The position numbers and the translations under genes were made by a program. This document shows positions 24,274 through 36,637 of a stretch of DNA of 64,000 nucleotides, one piece after another. Every line of letters starts with the position of its first letter. The stretch's first letter is position 1. The notes below the pieces were generated by a model. It made no database searches and was not told the origin of the DNA. It saw nothing but the letters and a program-made list of their open reading frames with translations. Source of the stretch: Owenia fusiformis (Eukaryota); assembly GCA_903813345.2 (NCBI GenBank), contig CAIIXF020000001.1, positions 30,318,001 through 30,382,000 on the forward strand, given 5' to 3'.

Positions 24274-27200
24274 CTGAATTTAATAAATAAAAATGCATAA
24301 TATTAATCAGTGCCTAAATGCCATAGAAACAGATGAGCAAATATTAAATATATATTCTTGGACTTTTGATACATCCACAATTAATTTGACTTTTGGCAAA
24401 CATATTTTGGGAAAAACCAATCGCCCTGTCACAATTACTCTGTTGACAGTATAGTGATTTTTATACATAAGTGAAAGAAGGCATGGATCCAGAGTAAGAC
24501 AGAACAAAAATATGAAATGAAATCTGGGGGAATGTGGTGTCTATCTTATTTGTTAGGTGGTTGTGTGGTGAGCAAATAGGGCCCAAGTAGTGCAGAAATA
24601 TTGGTTCTAGGACAATATTTTTAACAGAACATTTGAACTTTCAAGCGTATTTCATTTTAAGGTGTACAGGAAACTGCAAAAGGGTTTGTTTGTATAATTT
24701 AGTGAGAAATCTGTGAACCTCGGGCATTCTGTATACACAAATGATAAAAAGATACAGCCTGGGAAAAAACAGAAGCAAATAGAACAGAGAACTGGGATAA
24801 ACTTGACATGATGTAGCAAAAATTTGAAAAAGGGTCACATATTGGTCAATGTTCATGTCAGCGTTCATGATACTATTGCATGAGTATGAAGGCAATATGT
24901 CAACTTAACGATCAATAATACCCCTCAAAATAAAGCCCACTGGCTTGGGAAAGCTTTTTGTCCGTACTAATAAATGTTTTTTCCCTTTTAATAAAGGTCC
25001 ATGGGCATTTATTTTGAATTCTTTCAAATAAACGCCCAGTGCAAAATAAGTGCCTGGTGGGCCTATTCGCAAGAAACACTGGTATTAGAAAAATAGTTGT
25101 TGTAATTAGGCCACTGGCAAAACCTATTGAAAGAGGGAAAGTAATACCTGGGAGTCATAATGGTACATAGTTATATTAAGTTCTCTAAAAATATGTAGCT
25201 GACCTGTTGACCTGCCTATTATTAAAAAGTGTAACTACGCCAGCCAGAATGTTCTATACCTGAAAACTCCTTGTGTTTCTGGTCTATGTGTTCTCCAAGA
25301 CTTTGAGCAGAATGAAAATATTTATTGCATTGGATACAGTTGTACCGTTCTCTGCAACGTTTAATGCCACAGGTTCTTAAGTGGTCATCTAGCCATTCAC
25401 GCTTTGCAAAAATCCTTCCACATTTATTACATACAGATTTCTTTCTGTGTCTTTTCATGTGTTCTATGTGCTGATCTGAGCTGCAATACAGAAATAAATA
25501 ATATTTTACATACCACAGAAATCAATGGAACTTTGTAACTAATAACACAGGCTGGTATCGAAATATTTGTCCATTGTGACGGAGCATGCTATTTTTCATA
25601 AAAACACTAAGAATACTTCACGATTTATTTTTTAACTCATATGTTTCGTTATACCATACAAAATTACTTACTCCCTGTTTGAAGTCCAATTACGCTGGGA
25701 AGAAAAGCTATTGAAAATGGCGCCGGAGTATCATACTTCAAAATGTACCATTTCTTGTTTAACTTTCTAATGGCACGATCTAGTGACACGATAATATTTC
25801 CACATGGTTTCAGGGCCTTTCAGCATAACTATAAAGGTATAAATGAGATGTTGATGTATTTGGTCTTTTTAATTCTTTGATAAAAAATAATGTTTAATTT
25901 TTTTGTCCGCTGTGACGGAGCAGTTGCAAATGCAAATGCTCCGTCACAGCGGACAAAAAATATTAATATTATTTTTTATAAAAAAATTAAAAAGACCCAA
26001 TGCATTAATATCTCATTAATACATTCAGAGTTATGCTGAAAACATATGGTAATATTATCGTGTCACTATATCATGCCATTAAAAAGTTAAAAAAGAAATG
26101 GTACATTTTAGAGTTTGATACTCTGGCGCCGTTTTCAATAGATTTTACTCCTAGCGTTATTGGACTTCAAACAGAAGTGAAGGTTACACGCAAATGATAT
26201 ATCCATTGCATGGAGTAAGTTATATCTTTGATATAACGAAACATATGAGTTAAAAAATAAATCGTGAAGCATTCTTAGTGTTTTTATGAAAAATGGCATG
26301 CTCCGTCACAGCGGACAAATCTTTCGATACCAGCCTGTGAATAAGGTAGTTCTAAAGTTGTACAAAATACAATAACTGTATCAAACATTGCTTTTACTTT
26401 ATAGCACAAATATTGGGTACTTTCATTGACTAAAAAACATCAATTAATCAGATCTGATATACAAAAAATAACTTTCCCTGGCGCTATATATATTCCAATA
26501 AAAAGGCTTGTTTTCAGTAGTTCCAGGGCTTTTTTTGTGTGATAGGTCCCAAATAAAGACGATAATTGGATAATTTTTCAAATAAATTTCTTATTTTTCC
26601 CTCCTGCTTTTGAAGAGTTCAATGCAGTTTAATTGCGAATATGTGTTAATTCACCATTAATAACCCCGGCAAATAGGATATGATTGACAGTCACTGAAAA
26701 TAAATGTTTTTTAAAGTGAACTAAGCATTTGTCTAGAGGGGGGCCCCTTAAAACTTAAAAGTATGATATTTCACCTTTTAAAATACACATTACACTCAGC
26801 ACAGTAGTTCCTTTTTCTTTGGGGAATCTTCCTCACTCCGCTATTAGATGGCTGGAAAAAATTAGGAAAAATGAAGTTAGGCCATAAGAAGTAGATCCTC
26901 TGTTTTGCGTCCCCTTGCTTGCACGATTTTGAGTAAATCAGAAAAAACACATCCAAATAGCAATCACAAGAGTCTGAGAGTACCATCGCATTTCAGAATC
27001 AGATGAAATGGCGGATAATTTGATGTGCGTCAAAATTGACAGTGTTATAATTATTTGACATACATTGTGTTTTTTCTTATTTTTTACCCTTGAATAATAG
27101 CTATATTTTTATATATTGTATAAAATGTATAGATATGTGTTTGTAATCACTGCAAATTGGGATGTCATCCTTTTTTATGCCCCTAAAATGTATATATTTC

Positions 27201-28347
27201 TCAGCAAACAAGTTTGTGTTTTTTCTTGAGTTTGTGTTTGTTTTCCTTGTACCCTTGCATGATTTGGATTTTGCCAGGACGCAAAACAAAGAATCTACTT
27301 CTTATGGCCTTAGGACAATAGTAACAATACCTTTTCAGGTTAAAATATCATGGGCTTTCAATTAGATACATTTACTGAAGCTAAACAATAAAATGACTCC
27401 TCAAAAAGCTCCGCACTCATACACAATACTTGAGTACTGTTACAACTTGGGTTATTTTGAATTTAATGCTGTTTAGTTAGACAATTATGTGATTTTTTGC
27501 GACAATTTAATTTTAGAGATTTTTTATTTAGAAGTTCTATATCTATTTTTTAAATCTCACCATGTTTTGTATTGACTACACTCAGGAATTTTGAACATTT
27601 TTAATTTCATATTGATTTGTTTCACCTGAAGACTCATCAGCGACAGTACAAGAATATGCCAGTATTTAAATTTTGGCAATTATGTCTCATATATATTATA
27701 TATATTAATGAGGTTGAAGTATGATTAATATACTTCTTGCTAAATTTTTAGTCACTTTTTTTATAATGATTTATATTATCCACCATTTTCATAAACTTTA
27801 AAAGGAACAAGGTACAAACCTCTTCAAAGCCTGGAAAATCTGGGATGTCAGTTTCACTTTCCATTCTGCTTTTTTTAGCACTTGTAGGTGGTGTAACAAG
27901 CATCTTTTTAGCAATTATATCCTTCATATTAAGAACTTTGTTTTGTGAGACTTTAGCAACACGATTTTGTTGTTCACACACTCTGATTAAAGTTGGCATT
28001 CCTAATATTGAAGCAGCCTGCTTCATTTCATCAATCTTTTCTTTCCCCTCCAAATCTATGGTTCTGCCATATACATAGTGTACAACATTTGACATTGTTT
28101 CTACAGTGAGCCCAGTCCCTGTGAAGTCTAGAATCCAAGGAGCCTTGGGATCATTTACATGATCGGGGGGAAGATCAGCACATGTTTCCATGATCATAGT
28201 GCTCAGTGCGCAGAATAATAGTCTATGTACATGAAAGTCAATGCCGTCTTGTAGGCGTATGGCTAAATCACACATTATGTCACTTTCTTGCATCTGACTC
28301 AGTTTTTTCATCAAATCTGGTGTGTTGGTCTTCAAAACCCCACCCAT
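22568..28347 (-). CDS. BTB + 3 zinc fingers + tandem CG-1-like domain protein (gene B, about 843 aa), paralog of gene A
   Basis: Four phase-compatible GT-AG exons: 28347-27820, 26851-26775, 25480-25260, 24273-22568 (2532 nt including stop). BTB exon aligns closely by eye to gene A. Confidence 0.87.
25260..25480 (-). CDS. Gene B coding exon 3: zinc fingers (C2H2, C2HC, C2H2)
   Basis: HMKRH; CNKC..HLRTC; CIQC..HIDQKH; phase 2 to 1. Confidence 0.87.
25546..26339. mobile_element. Transib-like palindromic MITE (CAC termini, 5-bp TSD AATAA) in a gene B intron
   Basis: aataa-cacaggctggtatcgaaa..tttcgataccagcctgtg-aataa; arms extend to a centre near 25930. Confidence 0.85.
26775..26851 (-). CDS. 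Gene B coding exon 2: first half of a zinc finger
   Basis: PSNSGVRKIPQRKRNYCAECNVYFK; phase 0 to 2. Confidence 0.82.
27820..28347 (-). CDS. Gene B coding exon 1: BTB domain
   Basis: GCCATGG start context, acceptor 28365-28364, donor GTTTGT 27819 (phase 0); CDLAIRLQDGIDFHVHRLLFCALS. Confidence 0.9.
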
Positions 28348-28599
28348 GGCTGCCTGCTTCTATCTGAAAGTGCATTATCATGGTCACAAAGTATAATTGA
28401 CTACAGTACATTATATTATTACTTTAGTTTAATTATTTTCTAATAATTGTAGTATAGTCAGTAGTGATATAACTTTTTTTCTAAAATCATTTATGCAATA
28501 CTTTTACTCATCCCAGTGAAGTCATTTGTTTTGTGTTTTCTTTTTCATTTTTGAAGCATAGTACATTTTCTTGATTTATTTTATTTGATACATAGTCAT

Positions 28600-30200
28600 A
28601 TTTATTACTTTTATTACTTTGAGGGTTTTAAATTATGGATGTGTGAGGACACTTTCCTTTTTCAAAAATGTCTCTGATTATATCAATTCAACATTTTCAC
28701 AAAAATGACAGTAAAAAGTTGAATTTCTGAAAATGTTCAATTGCTTGCACCAAGTGAAATCCTTCAGCCACATATTAAATAGGTCACTGAAGTCTGCAAT
28801 GTTATTTTCTGGTACAAAATAAAGTATGAATAAAAACATGGGTGTATTATTTTCTTAATGGTTTTTGCCTTCATACTTTATTTTGTACCAGAAATAACAT
28901 GGGCACTATAGCAATTTTTTCAAATATGTTTTCTCGAAACATCACCTTAAATAGAATGAGTGTTCCTGAAAATAACCTGTGACTTTAATGAGGATTGCAT
29001 AAAAATTCCAAATGTTCACTCTTACCTATGTCATTTTCTTCAAAAATGTGAAAAAATATGAATAACCCCACATTTATTTGACTCATGCTGTGAAAGGTAC
29101 AAAACAATAATGACATCTAAATATAAAAATATATAAGACTACGTGTGTACTTTCGGCCATTTTGATGCAATCCTCATAGAGAGTCTTTTTAAGGTACAGC
29201 TGGAAGATAACATTTTGGGGAAAAATTGCTGTACCTGCACATGTTATTTTCTGGTACAAATTAATAAGTATGAAGGCATGTGTGTATTTCTTAACTTTAA
29301 ATATGAACTCCTCCTTCCCCACACTGTCTACGCCTTTCACTGCCTGGAAAAGAGTTTGGAGAATACTTTTAATAGAATATATAAAAAATGAGAAAATTCA
29401 GGGAGCTACTTTTTATAAGTATAAATAAAAGTAGAGTCAAAATGTCTCTTTCCAAACATTCCCATCAAAAAATGTAGTTAGCTTGGCTGTACTGCACATC
29501 TGCAGAATAATTTTATATATGTTATGTGAATTAGATGGTGTAAAATGCATTTGCAGAAAAAAATTCTGATAAATTGTCAAAAAATCTGGGTTATACCATG
29601 TATTTTAGGGGGTAAATCCAAACAGGAGATTTTTAGGGGGTAATTCCGAACACTAGCATGGGGGTAATTCCAAACACTTAACTAAACTTCGTTGTTTTAC
29701 TTGTTAGATTGATGGTATATCATTATATGGCACCCTGAACTAATGATACTGGATCCTGACACCCCTGCATATCAATAACCCCAAATATAATTGATTATAA
29801 GTGACATCTATTTATTTAAAGGCATGGGGTTTGTGGGGGTAATGCCAAACACTATCATGGTGGTAATTCCAAATACCTAAATCATCATAATTGATTATTT
29901 TATCGTTAGAGTGTTGGTATATATCATTATATGGTATCTTTCAGGATATTAATATTATATAGAGTAGTAGAGGTACTATTATTCAATTCAATGATTTGAT
30001 TGCCATTGTTTGCAACCCGTTCTGGTTTACCCCCCTGTTTGGATTTAGATGTATTGACTCTAGCTTTAGTCGCTCTAGCCAGGTGTGTTCAGTAACACAC
30101 ATGCCTTCATACTTTTATTCTGTAACAGAAAATAACATGAGCATGTAAATAAATAGCAATTTTTTCAAAAAAATTTCTTGAAACATCACCTTGGACACAT
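28600..30200. repeat. Decayed nested inverted/direct repeats in the gene B 5' intron
   Basis: Hairpin 28799-28900 with related copies near 29241 and 30100; ggggtaattccaaacac motifs at 29627-29880; boundaries approximate. Confidence 0.45.
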
Positions 30201-30290
30201 TTATTGGGATAATGGGGCCTCGGGTGGATCTGGGGTGGATTGCAGTACCCCCATTATGTGAGGATGATTTTTCAAAATCAAACCCATAAC

Positions 30291-30323
30291 TATGGGCTTT
30301 CAATTTCTAGTTGAAAGCCCATG
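30291..30323. mobile_element. P-like remnant, 7-bp TSD CCATAAC
   Basis: ccataac-tatgggctttcaatttctagttgaaagcccatg-ccataac. Confidence 0.85.
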
Positions 30324-30625
30324 CCATAACTACTTGTGCCTTGAAATCTTTGGGTTGCAATTAAGATGGATAAGTGGTTATTTAAATAAAATTCATATTT
30401 GAGTCAACTACTGACAAAGTTTTTCAACCCCACGATTTCAATACACAGGTAAAAGTTGCAGTGGGTGATTTGAAAAATCAAGCACACATTTATGGGGGTT
30501 GGGGTGGACTGGTAGAATAAGAATTTGGTGGAGATAAGACTCTATGAGACATCAACTGAAACAAGATTGACAAGACTAATTGATCAGAGATCACTTTATA
30601 ATGAGTAAGAAACAATTCACCCAAC

Positions 30626-31207
30626 CATAGGCCAAGGGAAAAGTAGTAGTAAGCTGTATATAGAAGAGACAGGTCCACAAGTAAGATTGAAAATTTTTCA
30701 AATTTTTTTAGTCTTGGCACTAGTTCTCCTTACTGGTATCAAATTGTATTCCCAAATCTCTCCAAAATCTTCTTCAAAGTGTTTTTCAAACTTATATCAT
30801 TGTTTTTTTCAAATCTTTATCTAAAAACTGCATATAATACTGCATATAAAACAACAACTATGGATATCTGCAATTGCCTGGCAAGCTGAAACTGATTGTC
30901 ACTGTTGGAGGTCAGGGAGGTCAGCAGTGACCAATCAGATCACTTGTTTACTAATGAACTTGCCAGGCAATTGCAGGTTTTCAGAAATTCTCTCTTTTAG
31001 ACAGCATTATTCACTCTATATCACCTGACTGAGTTTCAATCTTAGGTAAGAGCTACAAACTATCAATTTTCTATCAACTCCCCATGGCTTTTTGAAAATA
31101 ATACACTAAATATTGTTGAAATCTCCAACTTAACAAGTAGTCCAAGTCAGAGTTGTTCACCTGTCTCTTCTATATACGGCTTACTATTACTTTACCCTTG
31201 GCCTATG
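30626..31207. mobile_element. P-superfamily-like MITE (CATAGG termini, 8-bp TSD CACCCAAC)
   Basis: cacccaac-cataggccaaggg..cccttggcctatg-cacccaac; TIR of about 47 bp. Confidence 0.85.
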
Positions 31208-31350
31208 CACCCAACCCCAAAAATTCCAGGGGTAAACTTGACAAGATGGCGGGTGGTGTGTCCGATTTTTATCCAAAATTTCCAATCGAGAAAATACTAG
31301 ACAACAGCTGTCTATTCAAATAGATAAGAGATTTACTCAATGAGACATAC

Positions 31351-31530
31351 CTTTACCTCAATAAATTGTGGTTCGAAACAATGTTCAGTTTTCTCTTATA
31401 GCAGTATTCGTAATTCAAATGAGTAAATTAATCCATTTCTGACGCGAGTGGAAAATAGGATGTTGCAACCTCACTTTTGAAAGATAAGATTTGATTGGTT
31501 CAAATTTGTTAACTAGCATTTGATTGGTCC
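31351..31530 (-). promoter_or_regulatory. Putative promoter and non-coding first exon of gene B
   Basis: Two minus-strand CCAAT boxes (31494-31498, 31523-31527); minus-strand donors GTATGT (31350) and GTAAAG (31356); the gene B ATG exon has an acceptor, so an upstream exon is required. Confidence 0.5.
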
Positions 31531-32302
31531 CTATTTTCAATATTTTAGACAGTGTAGTTCGTTTAGTGCTATCATGCCTCACTGGAGGTAGGCAAGAGAC
31601 CCGGGGTAGGATAAAAACTTGAGTGCCTTGGGAACTCCACTCTTTTTTTATATATGTTCCCAGGGGCCTTTTGAAAAAATGCTATAACGCATCATAGATC
31701 CGGAGCCAGATCCAGCCCCTATATTGGTAGTAGGCACAATGAGTATTACTATATTCATTGAGCCTAGACACAAATAAAGGTGGCGTAGCCAGGATTTGGT
31801 GACCAGGGGTTCTATTTTTATGTTATTCACAAATCTCCCCTCCCCCCATTCATTAGGGTTCCTCAAATAGAAACAATTTTGTGTAATTTGTACAATTTAT
31901 ACTCCCTCCAAAAGTTTGGCAATCCCAACTAACCCATTGGATTATGAGTTAAAGCATCTTTAAGTTTCAAGGAAGTCTTAATTGCATATTAAATTTGTAA
32001 AGAAAAAAAAACTATTTTGGGAGTTGAAATATAAATTGACATCATTTTGATACCTTCATTAAGTTAAGTAGACAATTGAATTTGAATTTGATTTTTAAAA
32101 AATGATGATCTTTATTTACATTAAACAAAGTTTGACTTAATCAAGAAACCTGTCCAATTGATGATTTGCGATCACCGAATGGATTCTATCTTTTAGTGAC
32201 GTCACAATTAGGTCACCCGGCTTTAGATGCTTGATTTTGAGAGATTATCTTCTATATTTCGTGCTTTATTGATTTATTTTTCACGAAAGCGTTCGACTTG
32301 AC

Positions 32303-35300
32303 CACCCTGGGTATAGTCTGTCACGTGACTTCATGGATGACGTGTGCGCGAGTGATTCGCATTTTCTTTCGCTTGAGGTTTGTAATCACACTTTTTACAT
32401 GTTTTAAGATTTTGTATCTCTGTGAAACTTGTCCCGTACCATCAATGTCTGAAGACGATCTAATTCACCAAATATCTCATCCAAGCGTGTCCCGGTTAAA
32501 GAGAAATTCGCACTTTTGTGTCTCGCAAAATGACGTGTGCGCGAGTAAATCGAATTTTACGAAGGATGGGTGCGCGAGTCTAACATATTTATATTCATTT
32601 TAAACAATTCTGCAAACTAGACACAATTCAATTCAATTCAATTCAATTCAATTTATTCCTTAATAATACAATAATACATGGTACATATAAAAGAATTAAC
32701 AGGTGACATCATTTCTGATGTTTATACCCGTACATGTAAAAGCATAATATTACAGATATTAAGAGTAAAAGTAAGGTCAAGGAATCAAACATATCAAGGT
32801 TGTGTTTTGTCTAAGGGAAAATCGAAGAGGGAGGGGGAGGTGCATCATAGATAAAAAGCTATCAAGTTTAGTGTCCAGTACCCATGCTTGGAGTTATATC
32901 TGTATATTTCTATAAAGGAGATAGAGCATGAATAAGGAGGCTGCAGTACATAAATATAAAAAGAAGAAGATCATGCATACAACGCCAGAATATGTTTCTT
33001 ATATTTAGACTTAAGACATTTACTTGACCTTGATGTTTTTATTTCTGATGGGAGGCTATTCCAAATAGATGGTCCAGAAAATGAAAGCATCTTTCTGCCA
33101 AAGGTTTCTGTTTTAAATTTAGGCAAGGCATAGTTATATTTACCTCTTGTATCATACTTATGTAGTTCATTATGTCTTGTAAATAAGTTGGGAAATATAT
33201 CATGTAGGTTATTTTCATTGTTTTGCCACTTAAAGAAGAATTCTGCCACATTGACTTTAAATATATCAGAAATGGTGAGAATTCCTAATTCTTTAAATAA
33301 TGGTGGAGTGTGATCTCTAAATCCACTCTGAGTAGCTAATCTTGCAAATTTCTTTTGTATTAAGTGAAGCGAATTAATTGAAGTGATATTAGCATTTCCC
33401 CAAATGATATTGCTGTAAGTTAAATAAGAATGGATTAGAGAATGATATATAGTCATAAAGGTTTTCCTATCTAGTAAATGGTTAATCTTGTACAGAATGC
33501 CAACTATCCTTGATATTTTCATTTTGACTTTACTATGTTCATTCCATGAAAGATGTTGGTCAATAACCAAACCAAGAAAATTAGTGTGTGTTACTCGTTC
33601 AATAATTTTACCATCAATAAATATCTCTAAGTTCCTGGTATTTACCTTTTTCTGCTTTGAAGTAAATAATATGTACTTAGTTTTATTAATATTGAGTGAC
33701 AGTTTATTGGCTATAAGCCAATCTCTGATACTATTTAATTCAGTATTCAAAGTATCTTTAATTTCATTAAGGTTTTTCCCACTGATTAAAATATTTGTAT
33801 CATCATCAAACAGAACAAAGAGAAGTGCTGGAGAGGTCATTGATATAGAGTATAAAAAATAAGGGCCCTAAGACAGATCCCTGTGGAACACCACATTTGA
33901 TAGTTTTGAAAGATGAAATTTTATCATTATATTTAGTACACTGGTTGCGATTTGTTAAAGATCTAATAGCAAAGGTTTTGCAAAAATAAATCAATGCAGT
34001 GTAAAACAAATGTATGTATAATGAAAAAATAAATATTAATGAAAAAAATAGATATGTGTTTGTAATATTGGTATTAATTTAAGATTAAAAAGTGTCACTA
34101 TCTCTTTCATTTTTCAACAAATATAGGCTCACGTGACATATGACGCGGGGCAGTCAATTTTGATCTATCGTAGACCATATCAGTATCAAACTGCCGATAT
34201 TTCAACCTCGTCTTGCGAGGCCATTTTTATTTGAAACATCTTGGATTTGGTGCAAGGAGGATTGGCTCCCAGAATGCAACACCGATATTCTGCAAAACAA
34301 TCACCTAGCGATAGCTTTGTTGGAGAGTATCGGGTCATTCTCCATGCAGTCGTACAAATTATACAGACACGAATAGCAAATGACGCATGCGTGGAGATTA
34401 AAGAATATCGAGTTGGAACCCTGGCTTTGGTGTCAAAATAAAGCTGGTCACGCCCACTTTCAGAGTTATCAATGAATCATTTACTACGACTCCTATATTC
34501 ATTTAGGAGGCGTGTAATGTTAACCAATCAAAAAGACAATTGCTCCATATATGACAGTTCATTAACATATTCAGTGTTTACTATTGTTTTTCGCGTCATG
34601 ACAACACGAGTAGTAACCAATCAAAATGCCGTATTTTAACACGTGAGTTCAGAGTGACATGCACGACATGTAAGTTTAGTCTGAGCTGATCGCGATGTTG
34701 AACAATTTCTTCTCGGAATTTGTCCAGAGAAATCAGCGATTCTAAATTAAGGTAGGATCTCCCATTTCTTCCTGTACAAGTTTTAACTTATCTCTATCGA
34801 ATCCTAAAGTTTTGGATGAAGATATGAAGCATACGTTTAAAAACGAAGCGATTAATTTGACGATCTGATTTTGCAATTTGCAATGGCCAATTTACTGCAA
34901 GTCTGCGTGTATTTGACAAGAGATAGCGCCAAGTCTTGTATCCGAATGCTTGTTAAGCCACTTAAAAACAAGATCCATATTTTCTAAATTTGATAACTTT
35001 GCAGAGAGCCCGTTTTCATAACCTGTTTTCCGCGTCTAAATTCAAACTGAGTAGGATTATAGGATCGCTGGGATTCTCAGTCAATGGCAACGGGTCTCAT
35101 TCCAGAACGCACTTTTTTTAGTTGATTCTCCGTCATAGTACTTGTCTAAAGTCCATATCTGCTCTTTTACTGGCATACTTGGACATATTTCCCCTCCTTA
35201 AATAACACCCTCTCGCCGATTTATATATAGCCATTTCCCAGAACCCGGGAGTCAGAATCGCTGATGTTTGCCATATTGAACATGTTGAAATATGTACTGT

Positions 35301-36053
35301 AATATCTGTAATACTAGGCATTGCCTGCTACGCGTAAGGGTCACGTGACTAGCGCGATACAGGAAAAATGGGGAATTTCGAAACAACAATTTTTGGGCAC
35401 TTTTATTGCAAATTTCAGGTATTTATAAGTGTTTGTGGTATAAAATATAATCCACAGACATAAATGAACATCCAAACTACATATTTCATTACGTTTTGGA
35501 GCCTTTTTTGCTTTTAAAATGACATCTTTAAATAACTAGAGACCCACCTTAGAGCAGGTCTTAGAAAATTATTGCTGCATTGTTTAATAATATTAGGTTT
35601 TAAGTCATCTGCCCCAGCAGCTGAATCTTTTAGATTCAATTTTTGGTTCAAATTTTAATTCACCTGCAATGCCGGACAGCCCTACAAGCTATTTTAAGAT
35701 GACAAAAACAAATGTCACGTGAGTTGTATTCTGCCTTAGCTTGCAGAATTGTCTCAAGTGAATAAAAATATTTTAGACTCGCGCACCCATCCTTCGTAAA
35801 ATTCGATTTACTCGCGCACACGTCATTTTGCGAGACACAAAAGTGCGAATTTCTCTTTAACCGGGACACGCTTGGATGAGATATTTGGTGAATTAGATCG
35901 TCTTCAGACATTGATGGTACGGGACAAGTTTCACAGAGATACAAAATCTTAAAACATGTAAAAAGTGTGATTACAAACCTCAAGCGAAAGAAAATGCGAA
36001 TCACTCGCGCACACGTCATCCATGAAGTCACGTGACAGACTATACCCAGGGTG
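32303..36053. mobile_element. Transib-like non-autonomous element, 3.75 kb, about 315-bp TIRs, 5-bp TSD TTGAC
   Basis: ttgac-caccctgggtatagtc..gactatacccagggtg-ttgac; 32303-32618 is nearly identical to the reverse complement of 35737-36053. Confidence 0.88.
32620..33960 (-). pseudogene. 5'-truncated, frameshifted LINE (L2/Crack/Daphne-like) nested in the Transib-like element
   Basis: GVPQGSVLGPL.FILYINDL, LFDDDTN (altered F/YADD), LSLNINKTKY, FLGLVID; 3' UTR ending in a (TTGAA)n tail at about 32625-32651. Confidence 0.9.
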
Positions 36054-36637
36054 TTGACTAGATCAACATTCATTCTAAGCACATACCAAGTCTAAGGTCT
36101 TACTGACATGATTTAGATAGCAGTTAAGCGCCCCCCCGATTTTGACAAAAACGGGGGGCGCTTAAAGGCATCGATGTTTAGTATGAATTTCACCCAAACT
36201 TCGCACATATATAGATATACTCATGATCTAGTCAAATTGGCATACCTGTTAAATATCTGACCCATGGTTTTCATATAAGAAACGACAATATTTTTAGCTC
36301 AAAACTGCCACGTGTCCGTCATTTCGTGATTCCATCATGTCTAATATCATTTCTATATGACGTCATACCAATAAGACGAAATACGTGACAACAGTATCCA
36401 TAAACAAAATTCCTGAATTCTGATCGCAAAAGGTCAATTGAAATAACCGTGACATGGCGTAAAAGTGATTTCCAAAAATGACCTTGTAGCTTTGTAATTT
36501 TAATGTTCACAAAGTGAAATAAAAACGCAGCGTGTAAAAAAGTTAGACAACTTAATTTTCTGCATCAAAATATTTTTCGGAGAATCGTTTACTGAATATA
36601 TATCCTGAAATCTAATTTGCCCCTAATCCACTATTAT

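Noticed and set aside
22568..24298. Stand-alone CAMTA gene or intact transposase
   Set aside because: No TIG, ankyrin or IQ domains and no visible DDE core or TIRs; it has a phase-compatible acceptor linking it to the BTB-ZF exons
32298..36082. Two near-identical ORFs (32298-32603 + and 35660-36082 -) as a duplicated gene
   Set aside because: They are translations of the two TIRs of one transposon, with non-ATG starts and no recognisable domain
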